DNA of 64,000 nucleotides from Bordetella parapertussis (lineage in GTDB: Bacteria; Pseudomonadota; Gammaproteobacteria; Burkholderiales; SG8-41), in contig CAMDSO010000005.1 of NCBI GenBank assembly GCA_945906935.1, forward strand, positions 3,155 through 67,154. The letters run 5' to 3'. The notes beneath the pieces were generated by a model. It searched no databases and was not told the DNA's origin. It saw only the letters and a list, made by a program, of their open reading frames with translations. The position numbers and the translations under genes were made by a program. Shown in pieces: positions 1 through 9,522 of this stretch; the first letter of the stretch is position 1, and each line of letters opens with the position of its first letter.

Positions 1-261
1 GCGTTGACGCGGATCGTCAGGGATCAGCCGGCTGACGGGGCTGGCGGCATCCAGATAATCGACGATCACGCGTGAATCAAACAGCGTGCTACCGTCGTCG
101 AGCACCAACACCGGTATTTTCCCGAGTGGGTTGAAATCGCTGACATGCGAGGCCGGGTTACCCGGGCTGTCGATCACGAATGCGTAATCGAGGCGTTTTT
201 CCGCCAGCACGATGCGTACTTTGCGGCAGAAGGGGCTGGCTGGTGTGGCAATCAGTTTCAT
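1..261 (-). CDS. Glutathione S-transferase family protein. Only the N-terminal part is present; the gene runs off the left edge.
   Basis: Hand translation of the minus strand from the ATG (complement of 259-261) gives MKLIATPASPFCRKVRIVLAEKRLDYAFVIDSPGNPASHVSDFNPLGKIPVLVLDDGSTLFDSRVIVDYLD... This is a thioredoxin-like GST N-domain pattern (SPF.RKVR, KIPVL..DG..L.DSRVI.DYL). It is absent from the ORF track because it is truncated. Confidence 0.7.
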   Translation of the reverse strand, partial: MKLIATPASPFCRKVRIVLAEKRLDYAFVIDSPGNPASHVSDFNPLGKIPVLVLDDGSTLFDSRVIVDYLDAASPVSRLIPDDPRQR

Positions 262-428
262 TATTCGGTGCCAATGGGAGAGCGGAAAATTTTAACATTG
301 CCGCCGCACCAACCAGACTGATCGCGGCTTGACACCGTGATACCTGCGTGTGAGCATCGCCCGCATGAAACCGGCGGTGTGGTTAGTTAGACAATTGATA
401 TGCAGAGGGCAAGGGGAGAGATCGAAAA

Positions 429-1457
429 ATGAACAAACCCAACATTGGAATTTTTGTCGTGCTGGCGGCATTGGTGCTGGCGCCGGGTGGCGTCATGGCG
501 CAGGCGCTGGAGAAGACCAAAATCACCATCGCCGTCGGCGGCAAGAACCTCTTCTATTATCTACCGCTGACGATCGCCGAGCGGCGCGGGTTTTTCAAAG
601 ACGAAGGTTTGAACGTTGAGATCGTTGATTTCCCTGGCGGCGCACGCGCACTGCAGGCGATGGTTGGCGGCAGCGCGGATATTGTGTCCGGCGCGTATGA
701 ACACACCATTAACATGCAGGCCAAGGGCATCAAGATCGTCGGCATCGCCCTGCAGGGCCGCTATTCGGGCATCGTGCTTGGCGTGCATAAAAATCGCGCC
801 GCCCAGTACAAGTCGCCGAAGGATTTGAAGGGCTGGAAGATCGGCGTCACCGCGCCGGGTTCGAGCACCAACATGATGGTGAGCAGCCTGCTGGCCAAGG
901 ACGGTCTCAAGCCGGATGCGGTGTCTATCATCGGCGTTGGTGCCACCGCCGGTGCGGTGGCGGCGCTGCGCAAGGGCGAACTCGATGCGATGTCGAATCT
1001 TGATCCGGTGATCTCGCGGCTCGAAGCCTCGGGCGACATAATCACAGTGGTCGATACGCGTACCGCCAAGGGCATGAAAGAAGTTTACGGCGGCGCTTAT
1101 CACGCCGGTTGTATTTATGCGCCGGCCGACTGGTTGAAGAAGAACCCCAACACCGCGCAGGCGGTGGTCAATGCAATGGTGCGGGCCGTGCGCTGGCTGC
1201 AGACGGCGCGTGCCGACGAGGTGGTGGCCACCGTGCCGCCCGAGTACTACGGCGACGATCCGACGCTCTACAAGGTGGCTCTGCTGAAGAGCACCGAGGG
1301 TTTCTCGCAGGACGGTCTGTTCACCGCGGAGGGAGCGAAGAACGTCTTCAATGTCTTGAACTCATTTGAACCGTCGGTGCAGGCGGCCAAGATTGATCTG
1401 AGCAAAACCTACGACAACAGCTTTGCACAACAAGCGCTGAAGAAAATCCGCTATTAG
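429..1457 (+). CDS. ABC transporter periplasmic substrate-binding protein, NMT1/SsuA/TauA-like (nitrate/sulfonate/bicarbonate family)
   Basis: 342-aa ORF with signal peptide MNKPNIGIFVVLAALVLAPGGVMA. A purine-rich GGGGAGAG lies upstream of the ATG at 429. It is the first gene of an SBP-ATPase-permease operon. The substrate cannot be read from the sequence. Confidence 0.8.
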   Translation: MNKPNIGIFVVLAALVLAPGGVMAQALEKTKITIAVGGKNLFYYLPLTIAERRGFFKDEGLNVEIVDFPGGARALQAMVGGSADIVSGAYEHTINMQAKGIKIVGIALQGRYSGIVLGVHKNRAAQYKSPKDLKGWKIGVTAPGSSTNMMVSSLLAKDGLKPDAVSIIGVGATAGAVAALRKGELDAMSNLDPVISRLEASGDIITVVDTRTAKGMKEVYGGAYHAGCIYAPADWLKKNPNTAQAVVNAMVRAVRWLQTARADEVVATVPPEYYGDDPTLYKVALLKSTEGFSQDGLFTAEGAKNVFNVLNSFEPSVQAAKIDLSKTYDNSFAQQALKKIRY

Positions 1458-1536
1458 GAAAAGGTTACGCGCCGGATGTGTGCGCGGTTGGCGGGCACGC
1501 CAGCGCCTCTGCAAATGACCACGGTGGCCGCCGCCC

Positions 1537-2355
<819 letters not shown>

Positions 2356-2385
2356 TGATCGCGGCGCAAAAAAACGGAATGTCTT

Positions 2386-3213
2386 ATGGCCGCTGACCGC
2401 AAGCGCGAGACACGCATGACGCGCGGCCACATGGCGCTGTATCACACGCTGCTGCTGGGTGTGTTGTTCCTTGTCTGGCATCTGCTGACCAATCCGTTGT
2501 TGGTGTCTGAGGAGTTCGCGCGTAACACCGCATTTTTCTTCGGTAAGCCCTTGCTGGTGCTGGAGCGGATCTGGGATTGGTTTGCCGGTGGCAAGATTTA
2601 CGAACATCTGCTGGTGACCTTGATCGAGACCCTGCTGGCTTTTGGTATCGGCACTGCGCTGGGTCTCGGCGTTGGTCTTTGGCTGGCGCTCTCGCCGCTG
2701 GCGTCTGCGCTGGCTGACCCTTACATCAAGGCGATGAATGCGATGCCGCGCGTGATTCTGGCGCCGATCTTTGCCGTTTGGTTCGGGCTTGGTATTTTGT
2801 CCAAGGTTGCGCTTGGCATCACGCTGGTGTTTTTCATCGTCTTCTTTAATGTGTATCAGGGTGTGCGTGAAGTGAGCCCGGTGGTGCTGAACAATGCGCG
2901 CATGCTCGGCGCAAGCGGCGGCCAGTTGTTGCGCACCGTCTATGTGCCGTCGGCCATGTCGTGGGTGTTTTCCAGTCTGCATACCGCAGTAGGCATGGCG
3001 TTTGTCGGCGCGGTGGTCGGAGAATATCTGGGGTCGGCGCGCGGCGTCGGTTATTTGATTTTGCAGGCCGAGGGCGCCTTCGATATCAACACCGTGTTTG
3101 CCGGCATCTTTGTACTGACCGGCTTTGCGCTGGTGCTCGATGCGCTGGTCAGCGCCATGGAGAAACGCCTGCTGGTGTGGCGGCCGACGCAGGGTGAAAC
3201 CGATCTGTTGTAG
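2386..3213 (+). CDS. ABC transporter permease (SsuC/TauC-like, binding-protein-dependent transport family)
   Basis: 275-aa polytopic hydrophobic ORF directly after the ATPase gene. It has the family-typical cytoplasmic loop ARMLGASGGQLLRTVYVPSAMSWVFSSL. The true start may be an internal Met (MTRGHMALYH). Confidence 0.85.
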   Translation: MAADRKRETRMTRGHMALYHTLLLGVLFLVWHLLTNPLLVSEEFARNTAFFFGKPLLVLERIWDWFAGGKIYEHLLVTLIETLLAFGIGTALGLGVGLWLALSPLASALADPYIKAMNAMPRVILAPIFAVWFGLGILSKVALGITLVFFIVFFNVYQGVREVSPVVLNNARMLGASGGQLLRTVYVPSAMSWVFSSLHTAVGMAFVGAVVGEYLGSARGVGYLILQAEGAFDINTVFAGIFVLTGFALVLDALVSAMEKRLLVWRPTQGETDLL

Positions 3214-3218
3214 GTACG

Positions 3219-3245
3219 CCCCGTAACGTTGTTAACAACGACGGG
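3219..3245. terminator. Imperfect palindrome between convergent genes; a possible weak bidirectional terminator
   Basis: The sequence is CCCGT-AA-CGTTGTT/AACAACG-ACGGG, and its core CGTTGTTAACAACG is a perfect 14-nt palindrome. It lies between the permease stop and the esterase stop. There is no U-tract. Confidence 0.35.
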
Positions 3246-3301
3246 ATCTGCGCAATGCGCGCGGGCGAGTCACCGCCCGTGCGCGATGTTTCCCCGGGGC
3301 T

Positions 3302-3970
3302 TTAGCGCAATACCGTTTGCAGCCACGCGCTGATATCGCGGATCTCTTCGAGGCACACCGAGTGCTGCATCGGATATCCATGCCAATCGACGCGGTAACC
3401 GGCGGCGTTCAGGGTCTGGCGCGAGCTCTCCGCCATCGCTATCGGGATGACCTGGTCATCATTGCCGTGTGCGTAGAACAGTGCAATGTCGCGATTGGCG
3501 GCAGCCGCTTCTGCCGGCAGGGTATGCGGCGCTGGTAAATAGGTCGACAGCGCCATGATGCCCGCGAGTGGTGCGGCATGACGCAGGCCGGTGTGCAGGG
3601 CGATCGCACCACCCTGCGAAAAGCCGGCAATCACAATCTTGTTTGCACGGATGCCGCGGCCGACTTCGCGCGCGATGAGTTTTTCGATTTCCGCCTGCGA
3701 GGCGCGCACGCCTTTCTCATCAGCCTGACGGCTTTTGCCTTCAAGGTCGCCATAGCTGATGTCATACCAGGCGCGCATCACATAGCCGTTGTTGATTGTC
3801 ACCGGGATCATCGGCGCGTGTGGAAAGACAAAGCGGATGGCCGACGCGCTGCCAAGGCGCAGTTCGGGCACCATGGGTGCGAAGTCATTGCCGTCGGCAC
3901 CGAGGCCGTGCATCCAGATCACTGTTGCAGTCGGGTTCGGTGCGGTTTCTATTTCGATGGTTTCTAGCAT
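3302..3970 (-). CDS. Carboxylesterase/phospholipase family alpha/beta hydrolase
   Basis: 222 aa with VIWMHGLGADGNDF, the nucleophile elbow GFSQGG, and C-terminal HG..D..V..... and H residues typical of the Abhydrolase_2 esterase family. No Shine-Dalgarno precedes the ATG (see findings). Confidence 0.8.
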   Translation of the reverse strand: MLETIEIETAPNPTATVIWMHGLGADGNDFAPMVPELRLGSASAIRFVFPHAPMIPVTINNGYVMRAWYDISYGDLEGKSRQADEKGVRASQAEIEKLIAREVGRGIRANKIVIAGFSQGGAIALHTGLRHAAPLAGIMALSTYLPAPHTLPAEAAAANRDIALFYAHGNDDQVIPIAMAESSRQTLNAAGYRVDWHGYPMQHSVCLEEIRDISAWLQTVLR

Positions 3971-3971
3971 G

Positions 3972-4010
3972 GGAGTGAGGTGTGAGGTGTTAGGAGTTAT
4001 GAGTTATGAG
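3972..4010. repeat. Degenerate heptad tandem repeat (GAGTGAGG TGTGAGG TGTTAGG AGTTATG AGTTATG), one arm of a long-range inverted repeat
   Basis: Read directly from the DNA. GGAGTGAGG (3972-3980) is the exact reverse complement of CCTCACTCC (4065-4073). On the minus-strand mRNA this stretch is the CU/A-rich leader abutting the esterase ATG. Confidence 0.5.
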
Positions 4011-4080
4011 AATACCCGTGGTGTTTCAATTTGGCTATGGTCATGAGAGAAGCCAGGTTTTACGCCTCACTCCTACCGCC

Positions 4081-4635
4081 CTACGATTTACCAGGCTTGA
4101 TCGCCGATTTCGGCCGGAATGCCTTGACGACGTTTTCGTTGGTTTCGATATACGGGCCGCCAATCAGGTCAACGCAGTAGGGCACGGCGGCAAACACGCC
4201 GTCGAGGGTTTCCTTGATCGCCTTCGGCTGGCCGGGCAGGTTCAGAATCAACGCCTGCTTGCGCACTACGCCGACCTGCCGCGAGAGGATCGCTGTCGGC
4301 ACATATTTCAAACTGACCTGACGCATTTGTTCGCCAAAGCCGGGCATCACCTTGTCGGCCACCGCGAGGGTTGCCTCGGGGGTGACATCACGCGGCGCCG
4401 GGCCGGTGCCGCCGGTGGTTAGCACCAGGTGACAATGTTCTTCATCGACCAGTGCCTTGAGGGTTTGCTCGATCACCGCCTGTTCGTCGGGGATCAGGCG
4501 GGTGACCATTTTCCAGGGGGAGGTGAGGGCGGCGCCAAACCATTCCTGCAGGGCGGGCAGGCCCTTGTCTTCATAGGCGCCGCTGGAGGCGCGGTCGCTA
4601 ATGGAGACGAGGCCAATCAGGAGTTCGTTGTGCAT
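4081..4635 (-). CDS. mog: Molybdopterin adenylyltransferase (MogA/MoaB family)
   Basis: 184 aa with ISDRAS..YEDKG and the MoCF-biosynthesis motif LVLTTGGTGPAPRDVTPEAT. Confidence 0.85.
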   Translation of the reverse strand: MHNELLIGLVSISDRASSGAYEDKGLPALQEWFGAALTSPWKMVTRLIPDEQAVIEQTLKALVDEEHCHLVLTTGGTGPAPRDVTPEATLAVADKVMPGFGEQMRQVSLKYVPTAILSRQVGVVRKQALILNLPGQPKAIKETLDGVFAAVPYCVDLIGGPYIETNENVVKAFRPKSAIKPGKS

Positions 4636-4695
4636 AGTCTGTGATGGAGTCGGAGGCGTGTTGATGTCAGGTAATCTATGTATGGAGGGACGCTA

Positions 4696-5244
4696 TCACT
4701 CGGTGTCGGTATGCGGCGATCCGTCGTCGGAATCCACGCCAGTGTTGTCGATGATGCCGCGTAGTGCACGAAACAGTTCGCGATATTTCTTCGGCGGACG
4801 TGCGTTCTCACGGTCGCGCCGCACACTTGAGATCAGCGAGCGCAGGCGTTGCAGATCGCCCTGCGGGTATTCGTCGGCGAACAGCGTCAGCGCATTGTCT
4901 TCGACGAGCAGGCGTTCGCGCCAGCCTTCGACCTGATGTTGCAGGGTGGTTGATTCGAGTGCGACGCCGCGCAGCATGTCGAGACGGGCACGGATCGGCG
5001 CCGGTTCGATGTCACGCATGAGCTTGCCGATGAATTGCATTTGCCGGCGGCGGCCTTCGAAATTATGGATGCGCTGTGCCTCGGCAATCGCCGCCACCAG
5101 GCGCTCGGGCAGGTTGAATTGCGCGAGTTGGCTGGCGCTCAGCTCGACCAGCTCGGTGCCCAGATCTTGCAGGGCGTGCACGTCGCGCTTGCGCTGCGAT
5201 TTGCTCGGGCGATCGTATTCGTATTCGTTTTCGGTGTCATTCAT
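4696..5244 (-). CDS. yjgA: YjgA/DarP (DUF615) ribosome-associated protein
   Basis: 182 aa with the N-terminal PSKSQRKRDVHALQDLGTELVELS pattern and a helical, charged remainder. It is divergent from pmbA, as in many proteobacteria. Confidence 0.8.
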   Translation of the reverse strand: MNDTENEYEYDRPSKSQRKRDVHALQDLGTELVELSASQLAQFNLPERLVAAIAEAQRIHNFEGRRRQMQFIGKLMRDIEPAPIRARLDMLRGVALESTTLQHQVEGWRERLLVEDNALTLFADEYPQGDLQRLRSLISSVRRDRENARPPKKYRELFRALRGIIDNTGVDSDDGSPHTDTE

Positions 5245-5301
5245 TCTGCGGTCACTGGTGGCAAGACTGGTATCATAACGGCTTTTTTACGGGCACCGTT
5301 G

Positions 5302-6666
5302 ATGACGACTGAAATCAAGGCACGATCGGCCGCTGCGGCGCTGGCGCACGAAGAGGCGCAATTGCGTGAGATCGCCGCCGACGTACTCCAATACGCGCGT
5401 GCTCAGGGCGCGAGTGCCGCCGAGGCCGAGGTTTCGGAGGGCGTTGGGCAGACGGTGACAGTGCGTTGCGGCGAGGTCGAGACGATCGAATACAACCGCG
5501 ACAAGGGCATCGGCGTGTCGGTGTATTTCGGCAAGCGTCGCGGTCACGCCAGCACCTCCGATTTTTCGCCGCAGGCGGTGCGTGCCACGGTCGATGCGGC
5601 CGTCTCCATTGCACGTTTTACTGCCAGCGATGATTACGCCGGGCTAGCCGATGAGGCGCTGCTGGCGCGCGAGATTCCCGATCTCGATCTGTTCCATCCG
5701 TGGAACCTGCTCGTCGAAGATGCGATTGAAATGGCGCAGACCTGCGAGAGCGCAGCTTTTGACGTCAGCAAGAAAATTGATAACTCAGAAGGCGCGACGG
5801 TGTCCTCGCAGCATTCGCATTTTGCCTACGGCAATTCACTCGGTTTTCTTTCCGGTTACCCGAGTTCGCGGCATTGGATCAGTTGCGCGGTGATTGCCGG
5901 CAAGGGTGACGCCATGCAGCGCGACGACTGGTACAGTTCGGCGCGCGATGCCTCACGGCTGGATGCGCCGGCGTTGATCGGCCGTACTGCTGGTGAGCGC
6001 GCGGTGCGCCGCCTTGGCGCCAAAAAGATTTCCACCATGCAGGTGCCGGTGTTGTTTGAAGCGCCGGTGGCAGCCTCCCTCATCGGCCATTTTGTCTCGG
6101 CGGTCAGCGGCGGCAGCCTGTATCGCAAATCGTCGTTTCTGCTTGACAGCCTGGGCAAGGAAATTTTCGCGCCCTGGATCCGCATTAAAGAGGACCCGCA
6201 TATACGCGGCGCGATGGCCAGCGGCCCCTTCGATGAAGAAGGTGTTGCCACCAAACAGCGCAGCGTGGTCGAGGGTGGCGTGGTGCAGGGCTATTTTCTT
6301 GGCAGTTATTCGGCGCGCAAACTCGGCATGCAGACCACCGGTAATGCCGGCGGTTGTCACAATCTTTTATTGGCCGACAGCGGCGAGGATTTTGCCGCGC
6401 TGTTACGCAAGATGGGGCGCGGCTTGCTGGTGACCGAACTGATGGGGCAGGGCATTAATATGGTGACCGGCGATTATTCGCGCGGCGCGGCCGGCTTCTG
6501 GGTGGAGAACGGCGAGATTACCCATGCCGTAGAGGAGATCACCATCGCCGGCAATCTGAAGGATATTTTTCGCGGCATCATCGGTGCCGGCACCGATGTG
6601 CTGAGTCGTGGTTCGAAACACTGCGGTTCGATTCTGATCGACCGCATGACCATCGCCGGCGAATAG
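5302..6666 (+). CDS. pmbA: Metalloprotease PmbA (TldE)
   Basis: The track ORF 5035-6666 has an implausible N-terminal extension that overlaps yjgA. Homology-like sequence begins at the internal ATG 5302 (MTTEIKARSAAAALAHEEAQLREIA...). The C-terminal GDYSRGAAGFWVENGEI motif marks the PmbA/TldD family. Confidence 0.9.
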   Translation: MTTEIKARSAAAALAHEEAQLREIAADVLQYARAQGASAAEAEVSEGVGQTVTVRCGEVETIEYNRDKGIGVSVYFGKRRGHASTSDFSPQAVRATVDAAVSIARFTASDDYAGLADEALLAREIPDLDLFHPWNLLVEDAIEMAQTCESAAFDVSKKIDNSEGATVSSQHSHFAYGNSLGFLSGYPSSRHWISCAVIAGKGDAMQRDDWYSSARDASRLDAPALIGRTAGERAVRRLGAKKISTMQVPVLFEAPVAASLIGHFVSAVSGGSLYRKSSFLLDSLGKEIFAPWIRIKEDPHIRGAMASGPFDEEGVATKQRSVVEGGVVQGYFLGSYSARKLGMQTTGNAGGCHNLLLADSGEDFAALLRKMGRGLLVTELMGQGINMVTGDYSRGAAGFWVENGEITHAVEEITIAGNLKDIFRGIIGAGTDVLSRGSKHCGSILIDRMTIAGE

Positions 6667-6723
6667 ACCGGTGTTTTTGCAGTCGGGCGGATATACGCTC
6701 GAAACACTTCAACGGAGGGGACG

Positions 6724-7809
6724 ATGAAACGACGTGCATTCCTGAAACAAGCCGCGGCAGGCGTGGCAGCAGGGGCGGTAGCGGCACCGGCGATTGCGCA
6801 ATCGCAGCCGGCGATCCAGTGGCGTCTGGCCTCGAGTTTTCCGAAAAGTCTCGACACGATTTACGGCGCCGCCGAGGTTTTTTCCAAGCGCCTCGCGGAA
6901 ATTACCGATAATAAATTTCAGGTTCGCGTTTTTGCCGCCGGTGAGATTGTGCCCGGCTTGCAGGTGCTCGATGCCGTGCAAAACGGCACCGTGGAAATGG
7001 GACACACCGCACCGTACTACTATGTTGGCAAGGATCCCGCATTTGCGATCGGTACCTGCCTGCCATTCGGTTTTAATGCCCGACAGCATATTGCCTGGAA
7101 ACTGTACGGCGGCGGTAATGAAGCCATGGCTTTGCTCTACAAGGATTACGGGGTGCATCATTTCGCCTGTGGCAACACCGGCGTGCAAATGGGCGGGTGG
7201 TTTCGCAAGGAGATCAAGACCGTGGCCGACCTCAAGGGCCTGAAAATGCGTATCGGCGGTCTCGCCGGTCAGGTCTTGGCCAAGCTCGGTGTGATCGGGC
7301 AACAGATCGCCGGTGGCGACATTTATCCGGCTTTGGAGCGTGGCACCATCGACGCCGCCGAATGGGTCGGCCCGTATGATGACGAAAAACTCGGCTTCAA
7401 CAAGGTTGCCAAGTTTTACTATTACCCCGGCTGGTGGGAGGGTGGTCCCGAGCTGTCGCTGTTCATCAACGAGAAAAAATGGGCGGAATTGCCGAAGCAT
7501 TATCAGGCCGCGGTTGAGGCGGCTGCGGCGGATGCGAATATGCATACCTTGGCGCGTTATGATGCGAAGAATCCCGAGGCGCTGATGCGGCTTGTCAAGG
7601 GTGGCACCCAGTTGAGGCCCTTTCCGCGTCCGGTCATGGAGGCCTGTGAAGCGGCTGCGTTTCAGCTCTATGATGAGTTGTCTGAAAAGAGTCCCCACTG
7701 GAAACGCATTTATCCGGGCTGGAAGAAATTCCGTGACGATCAGTATCTATGGTTCCGTGTCGCCGAATACGGTTTTGATTCCTTCGCCTATACGCCGCGC
7801 AAGAAATAG
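6724..7809 (+). CDS. TRAP transporter substrate-binding protein (DctP-type, twin-arginine leader)
   Basis: 361 aa with the Tat-like leader MKRRAFLKQAAAGVAAGAVAAPAIAQ. The sequence is then SFPKSLDTIYGAAEVFSKRLAEITDNKFQVRVFAAGEIVPG, typical of the mannitol/chloroaromatic-type TRAP SBP group. Confidence 0.85.
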   Translation: MKRRAFLKQAAAGVAAGAVAAPAIAQSQPAIQWRLASSFPKSLDTIYGAAEVFSKRLAEITDNKFQVRVFAAGEIVPGLQVLDAVQNGTVEMGHTAPYYYVGKDPAFAIGTCLPFGFNARQHIAWKLYGGGNEAMALLYKDYGVHHFACGNTGVQMGGWFRKEIKTVADLKGLKMRIGGLAGQVLAKLGVIGQQIAGGDIYPALERGTIDAAEWVGPYDDEKLGFNKVAKFYYYPGWWEGGPELSLFINEKKWAELPKHYQAAVEAAAADANMHTLARYDAKNPEALMRLVKGGTQLRPFPRPVMEACEAAAFQLYDELSEKSPHWKRIYPGWKKFRDDQYLWFRVAEYGFDSFAYTPRKK

Positions 7810-7820
7810 ATTTGCCCTGC

Positions 7821-7858
7821 GCCATAAAAAACCCCGCCATGGCGGGGTTTTTTATGGC
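7821..7858. terminator. Bidirectional intrinsic terminator: a 38-nt perfect palindrome
   Basis: GCCATAAAAAACCCCGCCATGGCGGGGTTTTTTATGGC is its own reverse complement. A GC stem is flanked by an A6 tract and a T6 tract. It lies exactly between the convergent TRAP SBP and TRAP large-permease genes. Confidence 0.85.
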
Positions 7859-7869
7859 GAGTGGCGAGA

Positions 7870-9522
7870 TCACTTGCTGTTGCGGATGGCTTTTTCGAGA
7901 TCCGCGGCGGCGCGATCCTCTTCGGCTTGCTCAGTGGCGGCCTTTTCCTCTTCCGCAGCGCTTTCGGCCGGAGGTGGTGACGCCGGTCTTTCAATGGCCG
8001 GGGCGGCGGCTGCCGGACCCTTGTCAATAAAACTGGTGACCAGCTGCGGGAAGGCGATAATGATGCCGACAAGGATCAGTTGCAATACCACCCACGGGAT
8101 CGCACCCCAGTAAATGTCAGAGCTTTTCACTTCTTTTGGTGCGATACCGCGCAGGTAGAACAGCGCAAAGCCGAACGGCGGGTGCATGAACGAGGTCTGC
8201 AGATTGGCGCCGAGTAAGACGCCGAACCAGATCAGATCGATGCCGAGTTTGTGGGCCACCGGTGCGAGCAGCGGAATGATGATGAAGGCGATTTCGAAAT
8301 AATCGAGGAAGAAGGCGAGAAAGAAGACGAACAGGTTGACGAAAATCAGGAAGCCCACCACGCCGCCCGGCAGTGATGTGAGCAAATCTTCGATCCACAG
8401 ATCGCCGTCGACACCGCGGAACACCAGGCCGAACACCGTCGAGCCGACGAGGATGAAGATCACCATCGTGCTGATGCGCATGGTCGACTGGCTCGCCTCC
8501 CAAATCAGTCCGCGCAGCTTGGCAATGAACACGGCCTCCAGCAACACCACGACCAGACCGGCATAGAGAACGATGAACAACGGCTTTTCGAGCATTAATA
8601 GCAGTCCGGCCGTGATCGCGCCGAGCATGTTCAGAGCGCTCAGCGACACCGTGGCGCCGAGGGCGATCAGGGCCGCGTACTTGCCGCGCGTCGAGAATTG
8701 ATCGCTGTGCAACACCGCCAGCACGATCGCGCCGACCGCACCCATTGCGCCGCCTTCGGTTGGTGTGGCAAGCCCCATCAGAATGGTGCCCAGCACGAGG
8801 AAGATCAGCACGATCGAGGGCACCATGCCCCACAGGCATTTGCGGATCAGCGGCCAGCCGTTGAGGGTGCGCGCCTCCGGCGGCAACGCCGGCATGTCGA
8901 GCGGACGCACGAAGCTGAGGACGGCGATATACCCGCAGAACAACAGCACCTGCACGATGCTCGGGCCGATCGCGCCGGCATACATATCGCCCACCGAGCG
9001 GCCGAGTTGGTCGGCCAGCACCACCAGCACGAGCGATGGCGGGATCAGTTGCGTGATGGTGCCTGAAGCGGCAATCACGCCAGTGGCGAGCCGCATGTTG
9101 TAGCCGTAGCGCATCATGATCGGCAGCGAGATGATGCCCATGGCGATGACCGAGGCGGCGACGGTGCCGGTGATGGCGCCGAGTATCGCGCCGACGATGA
9201 TCACCGCGTAGGCGAGGCCGCCGCGCACCGGACCGAATAACTGGCCCATGCTGTCGAGCAGGTCTTCGGCGAGTCCGCAGCGCTCGAGAATCGCGCCCAT
9301 GAAGGTGAAGAACGGGATCGCCAGCAGCAGGTCGTTGGAGATGATGCCGAACACACGCTCGGGCAGCGCCTGCAGCAGCGCGGTTTGAAAGAAGCCGAGT
9401 TCGATGGCGATGAAGCCGAAGAACAGGCCGACCGCCGCCAGTGAAAAAGCCACCGGGTAACCGATCAGCATGAACACGATCAATCCCCCGAACATCAGCG
9501 GGGCCATGATTTCGCGCGTCAT
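7870..9522 (-). CDS. TRAP transporter large permease (DctM family) with a C-terminal Ala/Glu/Pro-rich tail
   Basis: 550-aa polytopic ORF. Its ATG overlaps the stop of the upstream small-permease gene (ATGA). The last ~50 aa (DKGPAAAAPAIERPASPPPAESAAEEEKAATEQAEEDRAAADLEKAIRNSK) are non-membrane and low-complexity. Confidence 0.9.
   Translation of the reverse strand: MTREIMAPLMFGGLIVFMLIGYPVAFSLAAVGLFFGFIAIELGFFQTALLQALPERVFGIISNDLLLAIPFFTFMGAILERCGLAEDLLDSMGQLFGPVRGGLAYAVIIVGAILGAITGTVAASVIAMGIISLPIMMRYGYNMRLATGVIAASGTITQLIPPSLVLVVLADQLGRSVGDMYAGAIGPSIVQVLLFCGYIAVLSFVRPLDMPALPPEARTLNGWPLIRKCLWGMVPSIVLIFLVLGTILMGLATPTEGGAMGAVGAIVLAVLHSDQFSTRGKYAALIALGATVSLSALNMLGAITAGLLLMLEKPLFIVLYAGLVVVLLEAVFIAKLRGLIWEASQSTMRISTMVIFILVGSTVFGLVFRGVDGDLWIEDLLTSLPGGVVGFLIFVNLFVFFLAFFLDYFEIAFIIIPLLAPVAHKLGIDLIWFGVLLGANLQTSFMHPPFGFALFYLRGIAPKEVKSSDIYWGAIPWVVLQLILVGIIIAFPQLVTSFIDKGPAAAAPAIERPASPPPAESAAEEEKAATEQAEEDRAAADLEKAIRNSK

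Noticed and set aside
262-428. Possible riboswitches: TPP in front of the NMT1-like ABC binding protein, ZTP/pfl in front of glyA (10143-10230), FMN in front of ribD (12045-12132), and cobalamin in front of the btuF-like gene (52194-52212).
   Set aside because: None of the leaders contains the conserved cores I know, namely CUGAGA with ACCUGAUCUGGAUAAUGCCAGCG for TPP and CCGCCUGGGC for ZTP. The rib and btuF spacers are too short to hold FMN or B12 aptamers.
5035-5301. Long N-terminal extensions on track ORFs: pmbA from 5035, FAD dehydrogenase to 32132, FeS subunit from 50479, btuF-like from 52093, bicupins from 59331 and 61717, ACAD from 62540, cspA to 58074, and Bug genes to 59336 and 61766.
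   Set aside because: The extensions overlap neighbouring genes or promoters and have non-protein-like composition. In each case an internal ATG preceded by a Shine-Dalgarno marks the point where family-typical sequence (signal peptide, Rossmann motif and so on) begins.
6625-6634. A tRNA T-arm-like string, GGTTCGATTC.
   Set aside because: It lies inside the pmbA coding frame and has no flanking acceptor, D-arm or anticodon-arm complementarity. I found no tRNA anywhere in the window.
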